Assembly (NCBI GenBank): GCA_030603445.1
Contig: JAUVXU010000004.1
Location: forward strand, 42,656-106,655
Direction of reading: 5' to 3'
DNA: 64,000 nucleotides
DNA from: Methanomicrobia archaeon
GTDB taxonomy: Archaea; Methanobacteriota_B; Thermococci; Methanofastidiosales; NM3
Shown: piece by piece, positions 11,048 through 21,049 of the stretch
Layout: each line of letters starts with the position of its first letter
Position numbering within the stretch: position 1 is the first letter of the stretch
Notes under the pieces: generated by a model
What the model was told of the DNA's origin: nothing
Databases searched by the model: none
What the model saw: only the letters and a program-made list of their open reading frames with translations
Translations under genes and position numbers: made by a program

Positions 11048-12163
11048 ATGGAAGAAAAAATCACTGTATCAATAATCAAGGCAGATGTAGGCGGATGGCC
11101 AGGACACGCACTAGTCCATCCGGAACTTATGTCTGTTGCCCGAAAAGAACTAGAAAAAGTAAAGGGCAAGCTACTTATTGACTATCACGTGGCCAACTGC
11201 GGTGACGACCTCGAGCTCATAATGACGCACCGCAGGGGTACTGATGACGAGGAGGTCCACCGACTTGCATGGGAAACATTTGAGACGGCCACTAAAAAAG
11301 CAGAAGAATTAAAATTATACGGTGCAGGACAGGACCTGTTATCTGATGCATTTTCCGGCAACATAAAAGGGATGGGGCCAGGAGTTGCAGAACTTGAGTT
11401 TATCGAGAGAAGGGGCGAACCCATCGTGGCTTTTCTCATGGACAAGACCGAGCCAGGGGCATTTAATCTCCCTATATTCAAAATGTTTGGCGACCCTTTC
11501 AATACCATCGGCCTCGTGATAGACCCAAGTGCCCATGCAGGATTCAGATTCGAGGTATGGGACATCTATGAGCACAAGCGAGTCTTTATGGACTGCCCAG
11601 AGGAGATGTACTCACTTCTTGCATTAATAGGGGCAAAATCCCGTTATGTCATAAAGAGGATATTCCCAAAACCGGGAGGAAGTCTCCCAGACAACGAAGC
11701 AGTTGCGGCCATCTCAACTGAGAAGCTCTATGAGATAGCTGGCGATTATGTTGGAAAGGATGATCCCGTGGCACTCGTACGTGCACAATCCGGTCTGCCG
11801 GCTCTTGGTGAGGTCCTAGAACCATTCTCATTCCCGCACCTTGTTTCAGGGTGGATGAGGGGAAGCCACAACGGACCGATAATGCCTGTTGCACAGCGTA
11901 ATGCCGTATGCACAAGATTCGACGGGCCGCCACGCGTGGTAGCTCTTGGATTCCAGATTGCAAACGGCAGGCTTGTAGGGCCAGTAGACCTATTTGACGA
12001 CCCGGGATTTGACAATGCCAGGAGTTTAGCAAAGGATGCAGCAGACTACATGCGCCGACACGGCCCATTTGAACCCCACAGGCTTCCGCTCTCTGAGATG
12101 GAATACACCACCATGCCAAAAGTGCTTGGAAAACTAAAAAATAGGTTCAAGTCTGTAAAGTAG
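11048..12163 (+). CDS. fbp: fructose-1,6-bisphosphate aldolase/phosphatase (class V FBPase, archaeal type)
   Basis: N-terminal 'ITVSIIKADVGGWPGH' is the hallmark of the bifunctional FBP aldolase/phosphatase family. 371 aa. Confidence 0.85.
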   Translation: MEEKITVSIIKADVGGWPGHALVHPELMSVARKELEKVKGKLLIDYHVANCGDDLELIMTHRRGTDDEEVHRLAWETFETATKKAEELKLYGAGQDLLSDAFSGNIKGMGPGVAELEFIERRGEPIVAFLMDKTEPGAFNLPIFKMFGDPFNTIGLVIDPSAHAGFRFEVWDIYEHKRVFMDCPEEMYSLLALIGAKSRYVIKRIFPKPGGSLPDNEAVAAISTEKLYEIAGDYVGKDDPVALVRAQSGLPALGEVLEPFSFPHLVSGWMRGSHNGPIMPVAQRNAVCTRFDGPPRVVALGFQIANGRLVGPVDLFDDPGFDNARSLAKDAADYMRRHGPFEPHRLPLSEMEYTTMPKVLGKLKNRFKSVK

Positions 12164-12173
12164 GTGAATTTAC

Positions 12174-12842
12174 TTGAAAGGGCCTCTTATCATAGTGAAC
12201 TTCAAGGCATACGAAAATGTATGCGGTGCACAAGGGCTCGCCCTTGCCGCAACTTGCGAGAAGGTAGGAAAAGAGACAGGGATAACAATAGTTGCCTGTC
12301 CGCAGATGGTTGATCTCGCCCTTACCGTAACGCACGTCACATCTCCGGTATGGGCGCAGGGATTAAATTCTGTTTCCCCGGGAGGACGCACAGGCCACAC
12401 CACCATAGAAGCACTAGTAGGTGCAGGGGCAAAAGGCACGCTAATAAATCACAGCGAGAATCGGGAAATGCTCTTTGACATAGACGCAATCGTAAAATCC
12501 TGCAAAAAAAACAATATCGCCTCTTGTGTATGCACAAACAACATTGACGTATCATGCTCCGCTGCCATGCTGGGCCCAGATTTTGTTGCAATAGAACCGC
12601 CGGAGCTTATAGGGGGCGACATTTCCGTAACAACAGCCGACCCGAAGATAGTATCTGCCACAGTAAAACGTGTAAAAGAGATAAACAAGAATGTGGAAGT
12701 GCTTTGTGGTGCTGGTGTCAAGAACGCCCAGGACGTTAAAGCTGCTCTCGAACTTGGGGCAAAAGGCGTGCTGCTCGCATCTGGTGTTGTAAAAGCAAAA
12801 GACCCCAAAACCGTGCTGCGTGACCTAGCCTCAGCGATGTAA
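12174..12842 (+). CDS. tpiA: triosephosphate isomerase (archaeal short type)
   Basis: 222 aa. 'IIVNFKAYE', 'INHSENR' and 'VAIEPPELIGG' are TIM active-site region motifs. Immediately downstream of fbp. Confidence 0.85.
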   Translation: MKGPLIIVNFKAYENVCGAQGLALAATCEKVGKETGITIVACPQMVDLALTVTHVTSPVWAQGLNSVSPGGRTGHTTIEALVGAGAKGTLINHSENREMLFDIDAIVKSCKKNNIASCVCTNNIDVSCSAAMLGPDFVAIEPPELIGGDISVTTADPKIVSATVKRVKEINKNVEVLCGAGVKNAQDVKAALELGAKGVLLASGVVKAKDPKTVLRDLASAM

Positions 12843-13334
12843 GCACGAATAGATCGTTGCAGGAATAAAGCCAATTGCACTGCATGTTTCAAATGGTATC
12901 CCTTGGCCGGTTATGTCAAGATGGTACCTGCCCTTTTTCTTTATCTTATTTGGAAGGCCCTTTCTCCCAAGGCCAACGATAAAGTTAGCCTTTAGCCTCC
13001 CATTCCTTATCATTTCTATAAGTTCCCCTACCTCGATACGCTTGTCGCTATCTGGTTTGGATGTTGTTATGATGGTCTCCTGGGGAAGCGTGATATCATT
13101 ACTATAGAAGAATTCCTGGCGGGAAGCTAAAATCTCAAGAAAACGCCCTCCCTCACCTATAGTGGTGTTTCCCACGACCTCTTTTAGCGGGTCCTTAAAA
13201 GGAAATCCAAGAAGGCACAGATTAAAGCCTGTGGCATAGCACACTGGTGCTGCGCGAGCAATGCTTCTTAGGTGTATATCATGGGGCCTGTTCTTATCAT
13301 AAGAATTGTACAATGACAAAGTAAAATTTTTCAT
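12831..13334 (-). CDS. SPOUT-class RNA methyltransferase-like protein (possibly aTrm56, tRNA Cm56)
   Basis: C-terminal 'FIVGLGRKGLP...HLDITGQGIPFETCSAIGFI' resembles the SPOUT knot region of archaeal Trm56 ('IIVGAEKVP...GNQPHSEVAALAVLL'). Assignment is tentative. Confidence 0.4.
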   Translation of the reverse strand: MKNFTLSLYNSYDKNRPHDIHLRSIARAAPVCYATGFNLCLLGFPFKDPLKEVVGNTTIGEGGRFLEILASRQEFFYSNDITLPQETIITTSKPDSDKRIEVGELIEMIRNGRLKANFIVGLGRKGLPNKIKKKGRYHLDITGQGIPFETCSAIGFIPATIYSCLHR

Positions 13335-13503
13335 AACAATATTCCATTTATCTCATATTTATATAATAATGGGTAACGTATAAAGGGACAATGACAAATA
13401 TTACGGAAGAAAATAGATAATTTATCTTCTCCAAAACAAATGGGTTCTGTGTTCAGCAATCAAAAAAATAGAGAAGTAAAAAAGAATAGAAAGTAAAGCT
13501 AGA

Positions 13504-15042
13504 TCAGACGCATTCGCATCCTAATGCTTCGCTTATGTTCTCCATTAGTTTTATTGCCTTTACAAGCTCGCCGTTAGAGTAGATCGGGTTTGAAAGAGAT
13601 GCTGCGTTTGCCATGTGTTCTTGTGCTTGCCCAATCATTTCCTGGACGTCTTCAGGTATCTCTTCGGGGAGGTTTTCAGCAATGCAGCTCCATATTGTGT
13701 TTGCCTGTATCAGATGATAGTTCATTAATGGTTTGAATGTCATTACCGAGACACCTGCACTTCTCACCTCATCAACGCCCATGTCAAATCCCCCTCTCAA
13801 GGGCCTTATGTCTCCTTCCATGTCTGTGTAGACCCCTGCATCCGTGCCAGTATCGATGCACGGGGAGCCTTTCTGAAGATGGACATCTCCAGTCGCCGCA
13901 TCAACGAACAGAGGATCAGCGTCGATGTTGCCTGTCCCAATGTAACCTCCCTCTACGTCGGAGTAAGTGACATTTGGAGAAGAGTAGTAGTCGTAAAATT
14001 CATTAGATAAATCCCCCCACAGGATGCAGTTGGTGACTATTGGCGATGAGTAGTCGTTGAACATTCCGCCGCCGGCATTAGCTGAATTGCCGGTGAAAGT
14101 GCAGTTGGTGAGGGTTGGGGAGGACATGGCAGCGTTGTACATTCCGCCGCCGGTGTAGGCTAAATTATCGCTGAAGATGCAGTTGGTGAGGGTTGGGGAG
14201 GAGTCCCCGTTGTACATTCCGCCGCCGTTGTAGGCTGAATTGCCGCTGAAGATGCAGTTGGTGAGGGTTGGGGAAGATTCGTAGTTGCGCATTCCGCCGC
14301 CTTCATAAATGGCTGTATTGCCTGTGAAGGTGCAGTTGGTGAGGGTTGTGGATGAGTCATCGTCGTTGCGCATTCCGCCGCCTTCATCAAAGGCTTCATT
14401 GCCTGTGAAGGTGCAGTTGGTGAGGGTTGTGGATGAGTCATCGTCATTGTACATTCCGCCGCCATCGTCATAAGCTGTATTACTGCTGAAAGTGCAGTTG
14501 GTGAGGGTTGTGGATGAGTCATTGTCATTGTACATTCCGCCGCCATCTTCATAGGCTTCATTGCCTGTGAAGGTGCAGTTGGTGAGGGTTGGGGAGGAGT
14601 AGTTGTTGTTGTACATTCCGCCGCCATGACCATCAGCCTCATTACCGCTGAAAGTGCAGTTAGTGATTGTTGGAGATGAATTGTCGTTGTACATTCCGCC
14701 GCCGTCGCTGATAGTGACTGATCCGTTTGTGATTTTAAAGCCGCTTAGCACCGTCGTGCTGCCTACGCCAGTAGCTGTCACCACAGTACCGCTTCCGCCG
14801 CCGTCAATTGTAGTTACGGACGCGCCATCTCCTATAAGCGCCACTCCGTCCTCAAGCTCGATGTTCTCATAGTACGTTCCTGCATGCACATAGATTGTAT
14901 CTCCACTAGAAGCTGCATCTATTGCATCTTGGATGGAACCACCTGAATATACATGGTAGTCTACTGCACTCACAGTATTGACTGCAGATAGTAAAGAGAA
15001 CAAAAACATGATTGCTATAATTAGAACTTTAATTTTTTTCAT
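13504..15042 (-). CDS. secreted right-handed beta-helix protein with about 10 PMP-type repeats (FxxN...GGGMYN)
   Basis: N-terminal signal peptide/TM 'KKIKVLIIAIMFLFSLLSAVNTVSA'. Ten or more 26-27-aa repeats of 'TLTNCTFTGNEAxxxGGGMYNDxDSS' (Chlam_PMP / PbH1-like). C-terminal non-repeat domain carries a CxC motif. Confidence 0.7.
   Translation of the reverse strand: MKKIKVLIIAIMFLFSLLSAVNTVSAVDYHVYSGGSIQDAIDAASSGDTIYVHAGTYYENIELEDGVALIGDGASVTTIDGGGSGTVVTATGVGSTTVLSGFKITNGSVTISDGGGMYNDNSSPTITNCTFSGNEADGHGGGMYNNNYSSPTLTNCTFTGNEAYEDGGGMYNDNDSSTTLTNCTFSSNTAYDDGGGMYNDDDSSTTLTNCTFTGNEAFDEGGGMRNDDDSSTTLTNCTFTGNTAIYEGGGMRNYESSPTLTNCIFSGNSAYNGGGMYNGDSSPTLTNCIFSDNLAYTGGGMYNAAMSSPTLTNCTFTGNSANAGGGMFNDYSSPIVTNCILWGDLSNEFYDYYSSPNVTYSDVEGGYIGTGNIDADPLFVDAATGDVHLQKGSPCIDTGTDAGVYTDMEGDIRPLRGGFDMGVDEVRSAGVSVMTFKPLMNYHLIQANTIWSCIAENLPEEIPEDVQEMIGQAQEHMANAASLSNPIYSNGELVKAIKLMENISEALGCECV
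14050..14760. repeat. about 9 tandem ~81-bp DNA repeats encoding the beta-helix rungs
   Basis: Motif 'cattccgccgcc' recurs at ~14066, 14146, 14216, 14290, 14372, 14450, 14527, 14614 and 14692 with 74-87 bp spacing. Flanks are near-identical, e.g. 'gtgcagttggtgagggttg'. Confidence 0.8.
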
Positions 15043-15293
15043 ATTACTCTCTCCCCATTTTTGGATTTGTATAACATTAAATAAATGTTTCTAATGAAAA
15101 GGAGAATTTGTACAATATAGTATGTGATATCTTTAATATAAAATTCATGTTTAAATAAGAATATATGGTTTAAAAGAACTATATTTATTATTTATCGCTT
15201 TGAATCCTTTATACAATATTCAAAAAAGGAATTACAAAAATTATTTAAATAACAGTTCCCCGCTAAAACTAATGATATATAGGAGAATTTCTA

Positions 15294-16856
15294 ATGCCAG
15301 AAGTGAAGAACGCCGATGAGCTTTTTAAAGATTTCAAAGCACAAAGCGTCTCGGAATTTTTTAAGAAAAACGCCGCGATGTTAGGTTACACTGGAAAAAT
15401 CCGCAGCCTTACCACAATAGTCCATGAAGGCATTACAAACGCCCTTGACGCATGCGAGGAAGCAGGGATACTGCCAGACCTATACGTAAAGATAGACGAA
15501 CTCGGACAAGAGCATTACAAAGTTACCATAGAAGACAATGCATCCGGGATACCCCTGGTGTATATCCCTCAGGTGTTTGGACGCATGCTTGCAGGTTCAA
15601 AAGCGCACCGTAACGTCCAATCGAGAGGACAGCAGGGAATTGGCGTTTCCGGTGCAGTTATGTTTTCCCAAGTCACTACTGGAAAATCAACCAAGGTGCT
15701 AACATCCACAGGAAATAAATATATCTTTAAAGGGCGCGTTCAGCTTAACGTCAAGCAAAATGTGGGGGAAATAGTAGAGAAGGAAAAGATCCAAAACAAA
15801 TGGAAATGGACCGGCACGATAATCTCATTAGAGGCAAAGAGAGTCTTGTATAACAAGTCACGCTATTCGCCATTTAATTATTTGCGCATGACTTCTATAG
15901 CAAATCCGCATGCACGAATCACCTTTATAGAACCAGACGGAACACGCATCGTGTTTGATAGGGGTACGGACATTATGCCAAAACCCCCTCAGCCAATCAA
16001 ACCCCACCCCTATGGCATCACTCCTGATGACTTAATAACAATGTCTGAAAATTCCAGCAAAGCCAATCTATCACAATTCTTGGAGAAGGATTTTGTTCGC
16101 ATCTCCTCTGGAAAAGTGGCAGAAATAGGGCGCCAATCCGGCATATCCATGAAAACGAGCACAAAGCGCCTCTCATGGGGCGATGCAGAAAAAATAGTAA
16201 ATGCATTTAACAATATCAAGTTCTTCGCACCACCAACAGGGGGCCTTTGCCCAATAGGTGGCGATGAAATAAGAAAAGGACTGGAAACAACCCTTGTCCC
16301 GGAGTTTTGCTATACGATTACTCGGCCCCCCCAAACGTATCATGGAGGGATACTCTTCATAGCAGAGGTGGGGATAGCCTACGGGGGAAATGCTGGCAGG
16401 CAGGGCATAGAGATAATACGCTATGCGAACAGGGCCCCGCTCATATTTGACCAGGGAGGATGCGGAATAACCGAGGCAATAAAAAGCATCGACTGGAAAA
16501 GATATGGCATACGCGACCTTGAAAAAGTTCCCCTGACGATCTTTATCAACATAGTCTCAACACACGTGCCGTATACCTCTGCAGGAAAGCAGGCCATAGC
16601 TTACAAAGAGGAGATATACAATGAAATCCGCAATGCACTAATGGATGGGGGAAGGGCACTTTCCCGGCACTTGGCCGGAAAAAGAAGGCTTTATGAGAAA
16701 AAATCCAAGATGAACACCTTGCTTAAGTATGTGCCAGAGACCGCAGCGGCACTAGCCCACCTAACAACTGGCGATAAAGCCCGTATAGAGGAAAAATTAG
16801 CATCCATCATCACAGAAAAATATGTGGTGCCTGAAGTGGAGGAAGAAGATGAATAA
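15294..16856 (+). CDS. top6B: DNA topoisomerase VI subunit B
   Basis: GHKL/Bergerat ATPase motifs 'EDNASGIP' and 'GQQGIGVSG', plus a transducer domain. 520 aa. Confidence 0.85.
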   Translation: MPEVKNADELFKDFKAQSVSEFFKKNAAMLGYTGKIRSLTTIVHEGITNALDACEEAGILPDLYVKIDELGQEHYKVTIEDNASGIPLVYIPQVFGRMLAGSKAHRNVQSRGQQGIGVSGAVMFSQVTTGKSTKVLTSTGNKYIFKGRVQLNVKQNVGEIVEKEKIQNKWKWTGTIISLEAKRVLYNKSRYSPFNYLRMTSIANPHARITFIEPDGTRIVFDRGTDIMPKPPQPIKPHPYGITPDDLITMSENSSKANLSQFLEKDFVRISSGKVAEIGRQSGISMKTSTKRLSWGDAEKIVNAFNNIKFFAPPTGGLCPIGGDEIRKGLETTLVPEFCYTITRPPQTYHGGILFIAEVGIAYGGNAGRQGIEIIRYANRAPLIFDQGGCGITEAIKSIDWKRYGIRDLEKVPLTIFINIVSTHVPYTSAGKQAIAYKEEIYNEIRNALMDGGRALSRHLAGKRRLYEKKSKMNTLLKYVPETAAALAHLTTGDKARIEEKLASIITEKYVVPEVEEEDE

Positions 16857-17922
16857 GACTGACAAAAAGCTGCAGAATATGGCCAAAAAAGTGGTGAAGC
16901 AGATAGAAAACAAGAACGCCCCTTCAATAGATATACCCCAGCGAGGCTTATCAAACGTCTTCTTCGATGAAAATGAACGCATCCTGAAAATAGGGGATAA
17001 GACATCAAAACGGACGTTTATCAACATCGCCCACACTAAAAAGTTTATGCAGACCATGCTTGTAAGCTCATACGCACAGCGCCTGGTGCGCGACGAGAAG
17101 CATGCAGGAATAAGGGAGCTGTACTATGCACTCAAACACTCCGTAGGGACAGGAAAGGAGAACACATTTGAGGACCAGTCAGAATCCAACATGGTAATAG
17201 AGGACCTGGAGCGTATGCTTGATGTTTTACGCGAACAGCTTAACCTCACGGCCGACAGGAGGGGGTTTATCTACGGCGATATAGTGATAGTTGATAACGG
17301 CGACAGATTCAACGCATCGAAACTTGGAAGAGGGGGCTGGTCGGTCCCTGGAAACATAGAAGACATAAAGTTCAAGAAATCAAACGTTGACTACATTTTG
17401 TGTGTAGAAACGGCGGCCATGTCCGATCGCCTAATAGAAGAAAAATTCCCGACAAAAAACAACTGCCTGTTGATTGCCTGTCAGGGGCAGGCACCGCGCG
17501 GCATACGCAGATTACTATCGCGACTTCATACAGAAAACGACCTGCCGGTAGTGGTATTCACAGATGGCGACCCATATGGTTGGTACATCTACTCCACAAT
17601 CAAGCAAGGCTCCATAAATCTCGCATACTTATCAAACACCCTTAGCGTGCCTAAAGCCAAGTTCGTGGGCATGACAATGGATGATATAGAAACGTATGAT
17701 TTAAGAGGAGTGACGGAAAAATTAAAAGACCTTGACAAGAAGAGAATCGAGGAAGAATTAAAATATCCGTGGTTTAAGCATAAGAAATGGCAAAAACAGC
17801 TCAATAAATGCAAGAAGATGGGCGTAAGGATCGAACAGCAGGCACTTGCAAATAAATCACTCGATTTTGTTGCAAGAGAGTACCTGCCAGAAAAAATAGA
17901 AGCAAAGGACTTCCTTCCATAA
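16849..17922 (+). CDS. top6A: DNA topoisomerase VI subunit A (Spo11 homologue)
   Basis: Toprim motif '[10 protein letters not shown]'. Catalytic-Tyr region 'RELYYALK'. ORF open from 16822. The ATG at 16849 is preceded by GGAGG and overlaps the top6B stop by 8 nt. Confidence 0.8.
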   Translation: MNKTDKKLQNMAKKVVKQIENKNAPSIDIPQRGLSNVFFDENERILKIGDKTSKRTFINIAHTKKFMQTMLVSSYAQRLVRDEKHAGIRELYYALKHSVGTGKENTFEDQSESNMVIEDLERMLDVLREQLNLTADRRGFIYGDIVIVDNGDRFNASKLGRGGWSVPGNIEDIKFKKSNVDYILCVETAAMSDRLIEEKFPTKNNCLLIACQGQAPRGIRRLLSRLHTENDLPVVVFTDGDPYGWYIYSTIKQGSINLAYLSNTLSVPKAKFVGMTMDDIETYDLRGVTEKLKDLDKKRIEEELKYPWFKHKKWQKQLNKCKKMGVRIEQQALANKSLDFVAREYLPEKIEAKDFLP

Positions 17923-17931
17923 GGTGTAAAC

Positions 17932-20900
17932 ATGAAGCAGATCAAAGAAGGCTACAATTCAGATACCGTTGAGAAAAACGTTATGACCTATTGGGAAGAC
18001 CATGACATCATTAACAAGTACATGGCCAAGAAAGGCAAGACCTGGTATTGGTGCGACGGGCCGCCCTATGTTACAGGGGCCATACACCTAGGCACGGCAT
18101 GGAACAAGATGATAAAGGACACGGTGCTAAGATACAAGACCATGAAGGGGTACTCCCCCACGCTGCAACCAGGTTTTGATATGCATGGGCTTCCAATAGA
18201 AGTAAAAGTAGAAGAAATGCTAAATCTTGAAACAAAAAAAGACATTGAGGACAAGATAGGCACCGACGCGTTTATTAAAAAATGCAAAGAGTTCGCAATA
18301 GAAAACATGAATAGGATGATTACGCAGTTCAAGGACATTGGCTGCTGGATGGAATGGGACAGGCCGTACATGCCCATCAAGGATGAGTATATAGAATCCG
18401 GATGGTACACCCTTAAGAAAGCATGGGAAAAAGACCTCTTCTTTAGGGACAAGCGTGTGACGCACTGGTGCCCCCGTTGTGAGACCGCACTTGCCGAACA
18501 CGAGGTGCGAGGCGAACACAAGATGGTTGAAGACCCGTCCATATTCGTGAAGTTCAAGCTTTATGACAGAGAGAACGAATACCTGCTGATATGGACCACC
18601 ACCCCATGGACGCTTCCTGCAAACCTGGCAGTTGCGGTTCATCCGGACTTTGACTATGTGGAGGTCATGGTAGAAGACGAAACATGGATTGTTGCAGAAA
18701 GCCTTCTAAAGCAAGTTTTCTCCCAGCTTAAACTAGACTATACTGTCGTAGGCTACCTCAAAGGAAAAGATATGGAAGGGTGGCGCTACGAACACCCCTT
18801 ACTGGATGAGAATCCCACACAAAAGAAGTTCTTTGATGAAAACAAAGCGTACCACTCTGTGATACTTGGCGAGCATGTGACTCTAGAAGATGGTACAGGG
18901 TGTGTGCATACTGCACCTGGTTTTGGTGCTGAAGACCACGAGATGGGTAAAAAGTACGGCTTGACGGCCTACTCGCCCATAGATGACCTCGGAAAGCTTA
19001 CAGACTCCAAGTACGAGGGACTGTTCATAAAGGATGCAGACCCCCTCATAATTACAGACTTAACAAAGAAAGGACTTATGGTAAGGTCATCAACAATTAC
19101 CCACAAATACCCATTCTGCTGGCGCTGCAAAAGCCCGCTTATATTCAAGGCAACTAAACAGTGGTTTTTGGATATAACAAAGATAAAGCCCCAAATAATA
19201 GAAAAGAACAAGAAAGTTGAGTGGATCCCTGGCTGGGTGCACAAGCGCTACGAGAACGGCGTGGACAACGTAGGCGACTGGTGCATCTCAAGACAGCGTT
19301 ACTGGGGCATGCCCCTGCCTATATGGATGTGTGAGAAAGGGCACTACATATGTGTTGGTTCAAGGGAGGAAATGGAAGAGCGGACGATAAACGACGCCAA
19401 GGTACCTGAGCTTCACCGCCCATATGTGGATGAGGTGATCATGGCCTGTCCAGAATGCGGCAAAGATATGCACCGCGTAAAGGACATAGTCGATGTCTGG
19501 TTTGACTCCTCGATTGCATCCTGGGCCTCGCTCCACTATCCCCATGACAAAAAGCTTTTTGAAAAAATATGGCCTGCAGAATATATTGTGGAAGGAAACG
19601 ATCAGGTGACCAAGTGGTTCTATGCACAGCAGGCGGCATCTGTGATAACGTTTGGGGAAGTTCCATACAAACGCGTTCAGATGCATGGATTTGTCTATGA
19701 TGCATGCGGGGACGCAATGCACAAGTCCACAGGAAACGCAATAGCGCCAGAAGATGCAGTTGAGAGGGAAGGCAGGGACATATTCAGATTCTTCTCGCTC
19801 TGGCACCAGCAGCCTTCTGACGACCTTAAATTTTCATGGGAGGATATTTCCAGCGTGCGCAGGATGGCAACAATCCTTTGGAACGTTTACAAATTCACAA
19901 CAACGTACATGGCCCTTGACAACTATGATGTCTCGACCAAGTATGATGCGATAAAAGGTGCGCTGCGCATGGAGGACAGATGGCTGATATCACGCATTAA
20001 CAGCGTTAATGCCCAGGTTGGGTCTGCCATGGAGGAATACATGTTCCACAAAGCGGCAAGACCGATAATGGACTTCATCGTAGAGGACCTCTCCAGGTGG
20101 TATGTACGCTTGGTCCGATCACGCACATGGAAGGAGGGAGACGATTCGGACAAGCTGGCAGCATACTTCACGCTCCACTATGCACTTGTAAAACTTTCAA
20201 AGATCGGGGCCCCGCTCATGCCCTACTTAAGCGAGGAGATATACCGGAATTTTTCCAGTGAAAAGGAATCCGTGCATCTTGAGTCTTTTCCTATAGAGGA
20301 TGCGACGCTTATCAACACGCAGCTTGAAGAAGAGATGGCCTATGCAAGGAAGATAGTTGATGCATGCGCCAACGCCCGCCAAAAAGGCGAGATAAAACAG
20401 CGCTGGCCTGTCTCAGAGATAATAGTTGAAAGCGATAACGTCGTTGTTGAGAAAGCGATAAACGATTTGGGGAATGTGCTAAAGGAGCAGATAAACACCA
20501 AGATAATAAAAATAGGGCACGTGAAACGCGCATTTGACGCAAAGCCAAACTACAAGAAACTTGGCCCAAAGTTCAAGGGCGATGCAAAGAACGTGGCAGA
20601 TGCCATAATAGCTGCCGACCAGAACGCCATGATAAGGGACATTCAGACCGCAGGCACATCAACTGTAGGGAAGTTTACCATCGATTCTGATGACATTACT
20701 TTGGAGGAGTGCGTCCCTAGCGGATGGCAGGCTTCAGAGACGGACTTTGGAACGGTGTTTATAAATACTGTGATAACAGATGATCTTCGCTCCGAAGCAA
20801 TGGCAAGAGAGCTCATAAGAAGGATACAGGAAATGCGAAAAGAACAAAATCTCAACGTCGAGGATATGATAACTACTCATATTGATTGCGACTTCGCAGA

Positions 20901-21042
20901 TATGGTGCGCACGCAGATAGACCACATGGCAAACGAAACACGCTCAAGCACCATCACACTTGGAGAAGGCAACAATGGCTACTTCAAGGAGTGGAGCATC
21001 GATAAAAACATCGCAAGGATATGGATTGAAAAGAGAGCATGA
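17932..21042 (+). CDS. ileS: isoleucyl-tRNA synthetase
   Basis: 1036 aa. HIGH-class motif 'PPYVTGAIHLGTAWN'. KMSKS equivalent 'AMHKSTGN'. Zinc-binding Cys pairs 'CPRCET' and 'CPECGK'. Confidence 0.9.
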   Translation: MKQIKEGYNSDTVEKNVMTYWEDHDIINKYMAKKGKTWYWCDGPPYVTGAIHLGTAWNKMIKDTVLRYKTMKGYSPTLQPGFDMHGLPIEVKVEEMLNLETKKDIEDKIGTDAFIKKCKEFAIENMNRMITQFKDIGCWMEWDRPYMPIKDEYIESGWYTLKKAWEKDLFFRDKRVTHWCPRCETALAEHEVRGEHKMVEDPSIFVKFKLYDRENEYLLIWTTTPWTLPANLAVAVHPDFDYVEVMVEDETWIVAESLLKQVFSQLKLDYTVVGYLKGKDMEGWRYEHPLLDENPTQKKFFDENKAYHSVILGEHVTLEDGTGCVHTAPGFGAEDHEMGKKYGLTAYSPIDDLGKLTDSKYEGLFIKDADPLIITDLTKKGLMVRSSTITHKYPFCWRCKSPLIFKATKQWFLDITKIKPQIIEKNKKVEWIPGWVHKRYENGVDNVGDWCISRQRYWGMPLPIWMCEKGHYICVGSREEMEERTINDAKVPELHRPYVDEVIMACPECGKDMHRVKDIVDVWFDSSIASWASLHYPHDKKLFEKIWPAEYIVEGNDQVTKWFYAQQAASVITFGEVPYKRVQMHGFVYDACGDAMHKSTGNAIAPEDAVEREGRDIFRFFSLWHQQPSDDLKFSWEDISSVRRMATILWNVYKFTTTYMALDNYDVSTKYDAIKGALRMEDRWLISRINSVNAQVGSAMEEYMFHKAARPIMDFIVEDLSRWYVRLVRSRTWKEGDDSDKLAAYFTLHYALVKLSKIGAPLMPYLSEEIYRNFSSEKESVHLESFPIEDATLINTQLEEEMAYARKIVDACANARQKGEIKQRWPVSEIIVESDNVVVEKAINDLGNVLKEQINTKIIKIGHVKRAFDAKPNYKKLGPKFKGDAKNVADAIIAADQNAMIRDIQTAGTSTVGKFTIDSDDITLEECVPSGWQASETDFGTVFINTVITDDLRSEAMARELIRRIQEMRKEQNLNVEDMITTHIDCDFADMVRTQIDHMANETRSSTITLGEGNNGYFKEWSIDKNIARIWIEKRA

Positions 21043-21049
21043 TCTTTTT

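Noticed and set aside
14160-14642. 160-aa proline-rich ORF ('TPPQPSPTAPSQAMKP' repeats) on the same strand as the beta-helix gene
   Set aside because: It is simply another reading frame of the 81-bp tandem repeat array. Periodic sequence suppresses stops in all frames. The frame with signal peptide and PMP repeats is the real gene.
18066-20925. Multiple 60-160-aa antisense and alternate-frame ORFs inside ileS, and similar ORFs inside hef, argS, AOR, GT2 and other long genes
   Set aside because: They are fully nested within well-supported long CDSs, lack motifs and show low-complexity Ser/Cys-rich translations typical of out-of-frame artefacts.
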